Assembly: GCA_025558095.1 (NCBI GenBank)
Contig: JAIVFI010000018.1
Span: 62,001-126,000 of the forward strand
Direction of reading: 5' to 3'
DNA: 64,000 nucleotides
Origin: Hyaloraphidium curvatum SAG 235-1
Taxonomy: Eukaryota > Fungi > Monoblepharomycota
Part shown: positions 22,943 to 32,907 of the stretch, piece after piece
Layout of the letters: every line of letters starts with the position of its first letter
Numbering within the stretch: position 1 is the stretch's first letter
Made by a program: the position numbers and the translations under genes
Notes under the pieces: generated by a model
Seen by the model: the letters and a program-made list of their open reading frames with translations, nothing else
What the model was told of the DNA's origin: nothing
Database searches by the model: none

Positions 22943-23181
22943 GCATCCGGATGCGGTGCGCGCCTTTCCCCTGAATTGCTCGTCTCACCTGCAAAGGCCG
23001 CAGGAGTGGAAGCGATTGCTTCCAAAGCCCCGCTTAAAGCAGATGGACGCGTCCTGTGTTGGCATCCGGATGCGGTGCGCGCCTTGCCCCTGAATTGCTC
23101 GCCTCACATGCAAAGGCCGCAGGAGTGGAAGCGATTGCTTCCAAAGCCCCGTTTAAAGCAGATGGACGCGTCCTGCGTTGG
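22943..23181. repeat. Two-copy tandem repeat, period 119 bp, rich in palindromes
   Basis: gcatccggatgcggtgcgcgcc...ggaagcgattgcttccaaagccccg.ttaaagcagatggacgcgtcctg.gttgg starts at 22943 and 23062. Confidence 0.95.
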
Positions 23182-23323
23182 TACTCGCCTTCGTCGTCGC
23201 TGCGGACGAAGCGAACCCGCCTGGAGGAGGGTGGGAGACATCTACATCTTGGGCAGTAGCTTCTAGAACGGCTGGTGGCTGTGGCGGCGTTTGCTTGTTC
23301 ACCCTCCCCCTCCGGAGAACGCG

Positions 23324-24901
23324 ATGGACGCGGCAGGACCCCCTAGCCCGGACCCGACTCCGTTTGACCTCTCGCCGCGCGAATGGCTCACAGTTTTCCC
23401 CGAACGCGCGCACCGCCGGGACCCGGCGGCCTCCGCGCGCGCGGCGTCGCCCCTCGACCCCGCGAGCTTTGTCGCCGCGGTCCGCGCGCGCAGCCGCACC
23501 CTCGCCGCCATGGACGTCATCTCCCTGCGGCTATTCCGCATCGGCCACCTGTTTGCCGCACGATATGCTGGCTTTATCGCGACGTCGATCGCGATGGTGG
23601 CGCCGGTGCTGGTTTTCAACGAAGGCCGGTTCGGGCAGCGCCAGGTCAACGCGTTCGTCGCGAACGCGGTGGTGGTAACCGTCGGCAGCGCGCTCTGGTA
23701 CCTGCGGGGCGAGGCTTTAGGCGGGAAGGCCGCCTTGAGCAGCATACTCAAGGTCAAAGCTATGTACGATAATGCAGAGGGCGACAAGAAGGACGACGCG
23801 ATGGAGCCGCAGCCGGTCGCGGACTCCCCGCTCGACACGCACCCGGATGCTGTGCTCGCGAGGTGGTCGCAGCTGGCAGAGTTCGCGAACGCCGACGGCG
23901 AGGATGGGACCCAGGGCTCGCGACTCCTCGTCCACGACGAGGACGCGCCGTGCCCTTGCCCGCGGCCCCGATGCGCCGGCCGCCTCGTCCTGATTGCCGC
24001 CTGGCAGCGCGTCGCGATCGTGGCTTGGGTATTTGCTGTCTTTATTCTTGGCTATATGGTATTCTGGAACTGGACCTCCTGGGTCACTTTGGGCGCGCAG
24101 ACTTGGACCACCCCCTGGAGCTGCGCCCTCTCCGTCATCACTATCCTCTCGGTTCTTGTCTACCTGGGCATCAACCCGCTGGCGGCGGTAGTCCCCAACC
24201 CCGCGCTGTTCGAGCTCTCGGCCCGCCTCCAGCTCCGCGCGCTGATCCAGGCCATTGAAGCTTTCCTCGTCGAGCAGGAGAACGCGGCAGACGATGTGCC
24301 GCCCGCTGGCGGCGACAAGGAGTGCTACATACGTCTGCAGGAGCACCTCCAGGCTAGCTGGCAGCGCAACCTGGAACGCTACTCCGCGGGCCGCTCAAAC
24401 TTCTTGCTCATAATCCTGTTGCATATTGTCTGCATGATCGTGACGGTCGTGGGTCCTCCGTCTCCGCCGCGCGAAGTGCCCGGATTGCTTACTCCCCCGT
24501 TTGGCGGACAGACCACCGGTTCCTGCGTCACCATGACACAGATCTGCGGCGCCCTCGCCTGCGGAGGCGTCCTCGCCAGCGACCTGGCAGCGATAGCAGT
24601 CTTCAATTCCGGCGTTTCGCGCACTTCGGCCCTGTACCGCGACGCCTCATCCCGGCTGTCCCTCCTCGCCCTCCGCAACCCCAGTTCGCCCCGCCAGCAG
24701 GCCTTCGCTGCGCACGCGCGCGTCCTGGACGGCTTCGCCCTCCGCGCGGAGGGGTTCAGGGGGAAGTTCATGGGCTTCGGTGTGGGCTTCGGAATGATCA
24801 GGGGGCTGATGGCAGGGATTTTTGCCGCGGGGGTGGGGTTGGCAAGCATCCTGAGGGGGTCGGGGATCTTCGTGACGATCGAATCGGTGTGCCCGGGGTA
24901 G
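23324..24901 (+). CDS. Seven-TM membrane protein, paralog B (candidate GRL/7TMIC-like)
   Basis: ORF 23291..24901 contains an in-frame 63-nt intron (24449-24511) at the same position as in paralog A. Shared blocks include FDLSPREWLTVFPE, HPDAV.ARWSQLAEF and GFRGKFMGFGVGFGMIR. Confidence 0.8.
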   Translation: MDAAGPPSPDPTPFDLSPREWLTVFPERAHRRDPAASARAASPLDPASFVAAVRARSRTLAAMDVISLRLFRIGHLFAARYAGFIATSIAMVAPVLVFNEGRFGQRQVNAFVANAVVVTVGSALWYLRGEALGGKAALSSILKVKAMYDNAEGDKKDDAMEPQPVADSPLDTHPDAVLARWSQLAEFANADGEDGTQGSRLLVHDEDAPCPCPRPRCAGRLVLIAAWQRVAIVAWVFAVFILGYMVFWNWTSWVTLGAQTWTTPWSCALSVITILSVLVYLGINPLAAVVPNPALFELSARLQLRALIQAIEAFLVEQENAADDVPPAGGDKECYIRLQEHLQASWQRNLERYSAGRSNFLLIILLHIVCMIVTVVGPPSPPREVPGLLTPPFGGQTTGSCVTMTQICGALACGGVLASDLAAIAVFNSGVSRTSALYRDASSRLSLLALRNPSSPRQQAFAAHARVLDGFALRAEGFRGKFMGFGVGFGMIRGLMAGIFAAGVGLASILRGSGIFVTIESVCPG

Positions 24902-25013
24902 CGCATTCGTTTCTGTACTGAACAAATGGCAACCGCTCGACTCGAGCGTATGCGGTCAAGCCCCCAAAAGCTGATGGTAACGATGGTCCCACTCCGACGA
25001 TGCCCCGCGCGCC

Positions 25014-26452
25014 TCAAGCGGTCCACGCGGTCACCGGCTCCATCTCCCTCCACATCCTGTGCATGCACCCGCCCTCCTCCTCCATCGCCTTGCGGATCTC
25101 CTCCTCGGTCTCGGCATCCAGCTCCGGCGCGGCGGCGGCGTCGGCCTCGCGGGCGAGCAGCTCGAGATCCTTGGGCGGCATGAGCACGTCCGACAGCACG
25201 TGCACGGCACCGTTGGCGACGGGAACGTCGGGGAAGATGACCGTCGAGGCCTCGTTGATAACAATCTGAAAAAGGGTGGCCGGTCAGCACAAGCTTCTGG
25301 GAAACCGGCACGCGGGACACCCACAGCGTCAAACTCCTTGTCGTGCCACTGCTTCTTCTCCACCTTGAGCTTGAGCACTCCGCCCTCGAGGGTCTTGAGG
25401 TCGGCGTGGCCGTGCTCGAAGACGACGGGGGAGTAGGCCAGGTCCGCCGAGACGTGGTACGAGAGCACCTTGCGCAGGGTGGCGTAGCCGGGGGGCGAAA
25501 GCAGGAAGCGCAGCGTCTTCCAGCCGAGCTTGGCGAAGGCGCGGTTGGTCGGGGCAAACACGGTGATGGCCTTCGAGTTGTCGAGCGTGCCGGAGAGCTC
25601 GGCCTTGCGGGCGGCGAGGATGAAGAGGCCAAAAACGCGGGGAAGGCGGGAGAGGTGGCGGGTCACCGGGCCGGGGGGGATGAGCACGCTGGTATTGGAG
25701 GAGAGTGAGCTCCGAAGCGGATCGCGGTCCGTGCAATAGTGGAAACGCACCCGCCGATCTCGTGGACGACGCCGTTGCTGGCCTCAATGTCGGCGCGGCG
25801 CACGGGCGCGACACAGTTGACCAGCACGTGCTTCTCGTCCTCCTCCTTGCGCTGCCACGCACAGATGCGCAGCTTCTGCTTGGCCCCCTTGAGGCTATCC
25901 AGCGCCAGCTCCGAGTCGAGCAGGTCTCCGCGGCCGAGGTCTCCGGCCTTCTTGGCTTCTCCGACGGTGTGGTACAGCAGCACCTCGTGGAGCACCTCCT
26001 TGGGCGGGGTCGGCGGGTGCTCGCCCGGCCGGTGCGGCGGCGTAACCCGGCGCAGGGCATCGTCGTTGGGCGCGAAGAAGGTGAGCGGGCCGTGGCCCTC
26101 GAGCAGGGCCGCGAAATCGCGGTCCTCCTTGACGACGTGGGCAATGAGGCCGAACTGCGGGTCGTCCTCGAGAACGCCTGGGGCGCGGGATCCGAGCGAG
26201 GTTCGGGGTTCACAGGCAGCCGGAACATGACCGCGGGCACCCGAGCATGTCAGATGCCGTTCCACGACGACAGAATAGAATTACGGTCGGAGCAGGTCAG
26301 ACGCGGAATCAGGGAGAGAGGCCCACCCGCGGCCCACCGAGGATGTTCTTGGACGCGACGGGCACCGCGCGGAACTCGCCCTCGTGGTCCAGGGGAGCGG
26401 CGATCGAGGGGGCCGCGAGCGCGAGCGCAGCAACGAGCACGGCGAGGCGCAT
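25014..26452 (-). CDS. Secreted fasciclin (two FAS1 domains) protein
   Basis: Signal peptide MRLAVLVAALALAAPSIA. LTFFAPNDDAL...LLYH...DIEASNGVVHEI and ITVFAPTNRAF...VLSYHV...NGAVHVLSDVL. Confidence 0.9.
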
Positions 26453-26774
26453 GGCGTTCGTTGGGCGGGGCCTCGGAACGATGTGAATCCTCGAGTTGCG
26501 CAAGCGTGGTGCACGCGCCGCGAAAACCAAACTCCGGGGATGGACCCTGTCGTCAATCTCGAGCGATCCGGTTGATATCTGGCCATCGGTGGGCCCTTTG
26601 AGGACGGAATCGATGACCTAGGGCCTCCGATCGCGTGGATCAACTCCCTGGTCTTGCTCTGTCAAGCGAAAGCCCGGCGAGGGGCCGCCCGGCAGCTTCG
26701 GGTCTTATGCTCTCCAAGAGCCACCTGTATGGACTCTTAGCATTGTGCGACACTAGAATGACATCTTCTCAGGC

Positions 26775-27883
26775 CTACAGCCTGCTCGCGCCTGCCCCGG
26801 GCAGCGTTCCGCGCTCCTTCTGCTCGGCGACCCACTTTTCCAGCGACGTCGGGACGATCTGCGGCCAGTTGTGGTTGTCCCAGCGCGAGTACGGAATATA
26901 GAAATGGCCTGAATGCATCAGCCGGGGGAACACGCGCGGGCGGGCCTCCTTCGAGGCGGGGTCGAGCGAAGTGACCTTGAGCCGCTTGCCTGCCAGGAAT
27001 CGGTCAGGCTTCCCGCCTCCTTGCCCAACCAGCACGCCTACCCGTGTTGTCCTCCCACAGCTTGCGCACCCGCTCCATCGAGAAGGTGTCGCCCATGATC
27101 TTGACCGCGCGGTTCCTGCTCTTGCCCTCGTCGGGGTCCACGAGCATCTCGGCGACGAAGCGGCCGATGTCGCGGAGGCAGATGCCCGTGACGGGCTCAG
27201 AGGCGCCGGCGATCTCGACGACGGACTCGTTGCCGGGTTTGAGCTCGTACCCGCAGAGAGGCAGGTACAGGATCTCGTAGTACACCGCTGAACAGGAGAA
27301 GGTGTGAGAAACAGCACGTCGGAGGACGAACAGGAGGAAGGTTGTGAGGACGAGGACGAATGTCGGCCCATTCAGACCACCCACAGGTCACGACGACGGT
27401 CCACTCCATGCCCAGCCGCTTGATCTCGTCCAGCACCCTGCCCTTGCGGGCCTGCACCTCCTTGGTCTCCCTCCGGTCGTACTCGGGAGTGATGTCGGTG
27501 CCGTACTGCGACGGGAAGAACCTGCGAACGGTCCCTGCGGCCGCGGCGGCGCGCACCAGCGCCGGCTCCGACTCGGTGATGGCCTTGGCGTCCTGGATCG
27601 CCATGGTGCTCACGACGCACTCGATCCCGCGCGATTTCAGGAGCTCCGCGACGGCCTTCTCGTCGGAATAGTCCACTCCGACGAAATGCGCGCCGCGCTT
27701 CTCGGCCGCGTCTATCTGCGCCTGCTTCGTCGCGTTGCCCGCCGGGGGGCGGCCGATGATCAGGATCTCGTCGACCAGGCCGGCGGCCTTCTTGTCGAGC
27801 AGCGAGTTCAGGATGAAGTTGCCGGTCGACAGGCCCGGGCCGCCGCCGACGGCGCCTGCAAGGGCAATCCTCTTGTACCCCAT
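26775..27883 (-). CDS. NmrA/isoflavone reductase-like NAD(P)-binding protein, C-terminal SRL
   Basis: KRIALAGAVGG, VDYSD, VVST, LVRAAAAAGTVRRFFPSQYG, WTVVVTC, DIGRFVA; ends ASRL*. Confidence 0.85.
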
Positions 27884-28128
27884 CGCAGCTGAGGCTCTAG
27901 AGACGAATTCTACGAGAGGTGGCCCGCTTGGAGTGATACCGACGCGCGATGGTGATTGGGAGACGTTTGTCGACCGGGGGATCCCGCGGAGCCGTGGCGG
28001 GACTCCGCGTCGATCACGCACGTGGTCGAACCCCGCTACGGCACCGCATCGCATCTTGCGAAAGGGCAGTTGGGCTCTGGAACACGCGAACGATACCGCC
28101 GCGGAAGCTGGCCGCAGCTGCGCCCGCG

Positions 28129-30138
28129 ATGGGCCCTCCCACCGACCCCCCGACGCTCCGGATCCTCGCGATAAACGACGTCTACGAGCTCGCCGCTTTC
28201 CCGCACCTGGCCACCTTCGTCCGCGCCGAAAAAGCCCGCGCAGGCACGCCCGGCGGGCCGGACGCGGTCATCTGCACAGTGGCGGGGGACTTCCTATCGC
28301 CTTCGCAACTCTCGAGCCTCGACTTTGGGCAGGGCATGGTGCGGGTGCTCAACGCGTGCGGGGTGGACTACGCGTGCCTGGGGAACCACGAGAGCGACGT
28401 GCCACACGCGGGGATCGTGAAGCGTATCGACGAGTCGGAGTTCGTCTGGATCAACACCAACCTGCCCAACTTCCTCGACGAGGACGCGGACCCGGCCGTC
28501 AAGGCCAAGATGACCGACCTCGCGGTCGTCCAGGTCGGCGACAGGCGCGTCGGGCTGATCGGACTGTGCGGCATGACCTCGGCCATGCTGACGAACCCCG
28601 GCTTCCGTCACGAGTGCGTAAAGGCCTACAGAAGGCCGATCGAGGTCCTCAGGGAGCTCCATGCCCGACACGTCGCCACGGGGGAGCTGGCGCTGCTGGT
28701 GCCGATCACGCACCAGCCGTTGCCGGAGGACCGTGCGCTGCTGCAGAGCGGGCTCGCCCCTTTGATCCTCGCCGGACACGAGCACGAGGTCATTATTGAG
28801 CAGGTGCCGGCCGAGGGCCTCGGAACCGCGGACGTTTCCTTTGTCGTTGGGGAGACCAGCGTCGCGGCCCAGGCCAAAAGGTCCGAAAGACTCATGGTCA
28901 AGGGCGGCATGGACGCCAACAACATTGTGGGTTGCCCTTTTCGTCCTCGCCCACGTGCCGACTAACCATTCGCAGGTGGTCGTGGATGTCACCTGGGATT
29001 CATCTGGCAAACCCACCGTCACGCACTCCCTGCTCACGACGACCGCCTTCCCCGCGGACCCTGCCGTCACCTCCCTCGCCGCCGACCTGAATCTGCGCAC
29101 CGCCGCCCTTGCCCACATCCCCCTCACCCTCTTTGTTCCTCCGCCGTACCTTCCCCTGTCTTCCAAAGGCTCCCGCGTCGGCCCCACGACGGTCGCCAGG
29201 ATGCTGTGCTCGATCGGCCGCGACGGCTCCGCGGCGGACCTGTGCATGATCAACGGCGCCGCGATCCGGATCGAGCGCGACTTTGACGCCAGGCCGCCGC
29301 CCGGGTGGGGGGATGACGAGCTGGGGCGGTGCTGCATCCCGTTCACGTACTCGGACCTGCTCGCGCTGCTGCCGTTTGCGATGCTGCTGGTGACGGTGCC
29401 GCTCCCGGGGAACGTGGTGCTGGATGCGATACGGTACTCGCGAAAGTCGATCCTGACCAAAGGGTACAGCAATGGATACTTGCACACGGACGACGGCGTC
29501 GTCTTTCGGTCGCGGGAAGCGACACCGGAGGCGGAGATCGAGAGCATTGCTGGGTACGCCGGCAATTTGCGACGCAGCATCGTATCTTGCTGACGAGTTC
29601 CCCATCCAGCTCGCCGTTCGACCCAAACAAGGTCTACCGCACGGCCGTGCTCGACGTCCTCATGGACGGCCTCGCGCACATCGAGCCCCTGACGGACTGG
29701 GTCGCCGCGGATCCCGCCCACGCTGCGGCGCTGGACGCCGTTCGCGATGACGGCCGGCGCGTCAAGCTGACCTGCGTGGGCTTCTTCGCCACCCTCTGGT
29801 GGCGGCTGCTCCCGGACTTCGAGAGCCTGGACGCCGACCGCGACGGGTTCGTCACCATGGAGGAGCTGCGGAGCGCGCTGGAGAGCGTGATCGAGGGCGT
29901 GCAGTCGAGCGACGGCAAGATGGACGACGAGGAGCGGATCGCGCTGGACAAGGTGGTGCAGGCGCTGCTGGGCCGCGTGGACGCCAACAAGGACGGTCTC
30001 GTGGACAAGGAGGAGTATCTCGAAGTCACGCGGCAGGAGAGCGGCGGGACGATGAAGCTTTTCGAGGGGGTCGGGAAGAAGGCCATTGCCCGCGGGTTGG
30101 AAGTGGCCCACGTTCCGGCCAAGGCCCAATCCAGGTAG
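28129..30138 (+). CDS. 5'-nucleotidase/apyrase-type metallophosphoesterase with C-terminal EF-hand pair
   Basis: LRILAINDVYE, AGDFLSPS, LGNHE, ITHQ, ILAGHEH, INGAAIR, LPF; EF-hands DADRDGFVTMEEL and DANKDGLVDKEEY; two short introns. Confidence 0.88.
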
Positions 30139-30535
30139 ATTATTCAATCCTATACCTTAGAGCGGGATAGAAGAATCTAGTGGATGGCGTCGAATTGGTT
30201 GGCCGCAAGGCTGGCCGGTGCGGTTCCTTCACGGGTCCCCGCCGCATCAACACCGGCTGCGGGTGACCCCGCCCCTCAGCGGGATCGCGGATCGCGTTGC
30301 GGACCCCCGGGTGAGGTTGGGCGGTCGATCATCTGGACGCGATGCGCTTTTCCGACCGCTGCTGGGCGCCGCCCTGCTCCTCGGCGCGCTCCTGGCGCTC
30401 CTCGCGCCCGCCGCCCGCCGCGGCGGGGTATCGGACGCCGGAAGCGGAACCGGCCGACCGCGAAAGGATGGGGATCGATCGCAAGATTCCATTCCACCGG
30501 ACGCCTCCACCGTGCACCAGCAACCCGACCCCGGG

Positions 30536-31732
30536 CTACACCCACCACCCCCTCCTCGTCCTCGTCCGCACCACGGACGTCTCGACCGCCACCGCGCCCA
30601 GCAGCAACCTCCCCCTCCGCGTGGGCGACGGATCCGTCGGCGCCGCCGTCCGCGTGCCCGTTCCCGATGCGGATGCGGATGCCGTGGTCGCCGATCCCGC
30701 CGAGGTGGGCGTGCCGCTGGCGGTCGCGGTGGGGAGGGAGCTCCCCGTCTGCGCCGACGCGCTGCCCGTCGCCGACCCCGTGGTGGACAGCGCGGTGCCG
30801 GTGGCCGTACCCGAGGCGCTCGTCGGGACGCCGCTGGAGGCCGCAGATCCCGTCGCTGTTGCGCCCGAGGCGGTCGCCGTCCCGGTCCCGGAGCCGCTGG
30901 TCGCCAAGGATTCGCTGGTCGCCAAGGATCCCGTGGCGGTCCCCGAAACCGACGCTGTCGTCCCCGTTTCCGACGCCGCGCTCCCCGTCGCCGTCCCGCT
31001 CGCCGCCGACCCCGTCCCGCTCGCCGTCCCCCCCGTCGCGGTCCCCTTCGTCGTCGTCGTCTCGGCGTCCGGATCCAGGCTCGCCGTCGTCGTCGCCGTC
31101 GTCCGCGTCGACAGCACCGCGCTCGTCCGCGCGGTCGTCGCCGCGGGCTGCGTTGTCCGCGTGGGGGTGACGATCCACGTGCTCGTCACGATGTAGCTCG
31201 TTACGATCGTCCCCGGTGTCGTGCCGTTGCTCGGCGGGCGGAAGATGGCGTTCTTCAACGGGGAAGTGTTCCACGCCTCGGAGATCTGCGGCCACAGCAG
31301 GCCCACCGCCACCCCGATCCCGGCGAGGCAGACGACCGTGCACGCCGCCGCAATGAGCTTCGCCGTCAGCGAGTGCAGGCAGCAGCAGCAGCACCCGCGG
31401 GCACAGCACTGCTCGCAGTCCTGCGGTTTCTTCTTCCTGGGCCTCCCGACCTGCGGGCCCGGCCCCCCGGGGGGCGGGTATCCCATCGCCATCGACACGG
31501 GCGGGCGGTCCGAGGCAATGTACCCCGCGTACGGCAGGAGCGGGTCCGTGTCGGCGTAGCCCCCGCCAGGGCCGGGGGCGCCGTAGCCGTACGGGTCGGG
31601 CGGGGGGCCGGGGTAGCCCGGCGGCCCGCCGCCGCCGTACGATCCGCCGGGCACGGTGCCGGCGAACATCGACGAGGTCGGCGGGACGGAGGGGTACCCG
31701 TAGGGGTCGAGGGGCGCGTAGGAGTAGGACAT
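30536..31732 (-). CDS. Type II membrane protein: Pro/Gly/Tyr-rich N-terminus, Cys cluster, TM helix, Ser/Thr-rich stalk
   Basis: MSYSYAPLDPYGYP..., CEQCCARGCCCCCLH, LIAAACTVVCLAGIGVAVGLLW, then a long T/S/A/G-rich region. Confidence 0.7.
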   Translation of the reverse strand: MSYSYAPLDPYGYPSVPPTSSMFAGTVPGGSYGGGGPPGYPGPPPDPYGYGAPGPGGGYADTDPLLPYAGYIASDRPPVSMAMGYPPPGGPGPQVGRPRKKKPQDCEQCCARGCCCCCLHSLTAKLIAAACTVVCLAGIGVAVGLLWPQISEAWNTSPLKNAIFRPPSNGTTPGTIVTSYIVTSTWIVTPTRTTQPAATTARTSAVLSTRTTATTTASLDPDAETTTTKGTATGGTASGTGSAASGTATGSAASETGTTASVSGTATGSLATSESLATSGSGTGTATASGATATGSAASSGVPTSASGTATGTALSTTGSATGSASAQTGSSLPTATASGTPTSAGSATTASASASGTGTRTAAPTDPSPTRRGRLLLGAVAVETSVVRTRTRRGWWV

Positions 31733-32907
31733 GTTCGCGGGTGAGGAGTAGGGACGTGCAAGGGACTAATAATGTGCTGCGCCCGGTGGTGACGATGAGC
31801 CGGGGTCACCGGCGACGGCGTGCAAACGACTCGGATCTGCTGCAAAGTAGGAGTTCACAGCAACTCGATGCTGCTGCAGGTGGCGGGATTCGGTGCGGCG
31901 GGGCGGATGGGCGCCGCGGGAGGCGTGCCCGCCGCGCGGCCGGGCGGTCCGGCGCGACGCGGACGCGGCGGCCGCCGGACGGACTTCCCCGCGCCCGCAT
32001 CCCAAGCCGCACGTCCGCGGTGTCCGCGCGGGGAAGGCGTTATAGGGGATTCGCCGCCGGGGGTGCGCCGCGCCGCGCCGCTTCTCCGTCCGGCCACCGG
32101 GCACCGCGACGGTCGCGCCAAAGCCCGGGCCGCACGGTTCGGGGGGAAAACCCGCAATCCCGAACGCCGCGCCGCATGCCGATCCGTCCGTTTCGCCGGC
32201 TCCGGGGGGAGGCCGCCCGCAACTTGCCGCATACTTGCCCCTGTCGGCCCTGCGCACCCCCCTGAATCCGTCGTCCGCCGCCTCCCGGCGCCGCCGTCCG
32301 CCCGCCCGTCCGCACGAAGCCATTTTTCCCCGTCCCCGGAGCCCGCCGTGCACGGCCCGTGCGGGATCGGGGTGCGACCGGGGGCCGCGTTGGCCGGCGC
32401 GCGGTCGAGGCCCCTTTCGGCACCGGGGCGGGATGGCGCGATCGGGGGCTCCCCACGCGCGCGGGGACGGGTCGCATCCGCCCCCGCCGCGGGCCATCAG
32501 GAAGGGCACCTGCTGCGTGGCCGAGGCGATTGCGCACGGGCGATCTCCCGCGCGTGCGTGGACGGGGGGTGCCTTGGTTGCGGCGGGGAGGGGGGGGGGC
32601 GGGGCGGCGCGGGGGCCTGCGGGGTCGCCTCGCGCGGTGCTTGCGGGCCGGGGGCGCAGCGGCGCGGAGGCGTCCGCGTGATGCCACATGTGCGGGAACC
32701 GGGGCCGACGGGGACCGCGGGCGGCCGAATGTTCGCCAGGGGGCGGCTGAAACCGCGGCTGGATCGCCGCCTTGGCGAAACCGCCGTCGGGCCTCCGCGC
32801 ATCCGGCGAGGCGCGGGCGCGGCACAGCGCGCCACCGGGCGGCGGACGCCGCGCGGCGCATCGGCGGCGCGGAGGGGCGGCGGCGCACGGGCGCGCCGGG
32901 CCGCCGC

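Noticed and set aside
19269-24901. P450 plus flanking genes as a secondary-metabolite cluster
   Set aside because: No PKS, NRPS or terpene synthase backbone gene in the window; the arrangement is explained by local duplication of the 7-TM gene.
32585-32620. G-rich tract upstream of the Zn2Cys6 gene as a G-quadruplex element
   Set aside because: G-runs are expected by chance in this extremely GC-rich stretch; no independent support.
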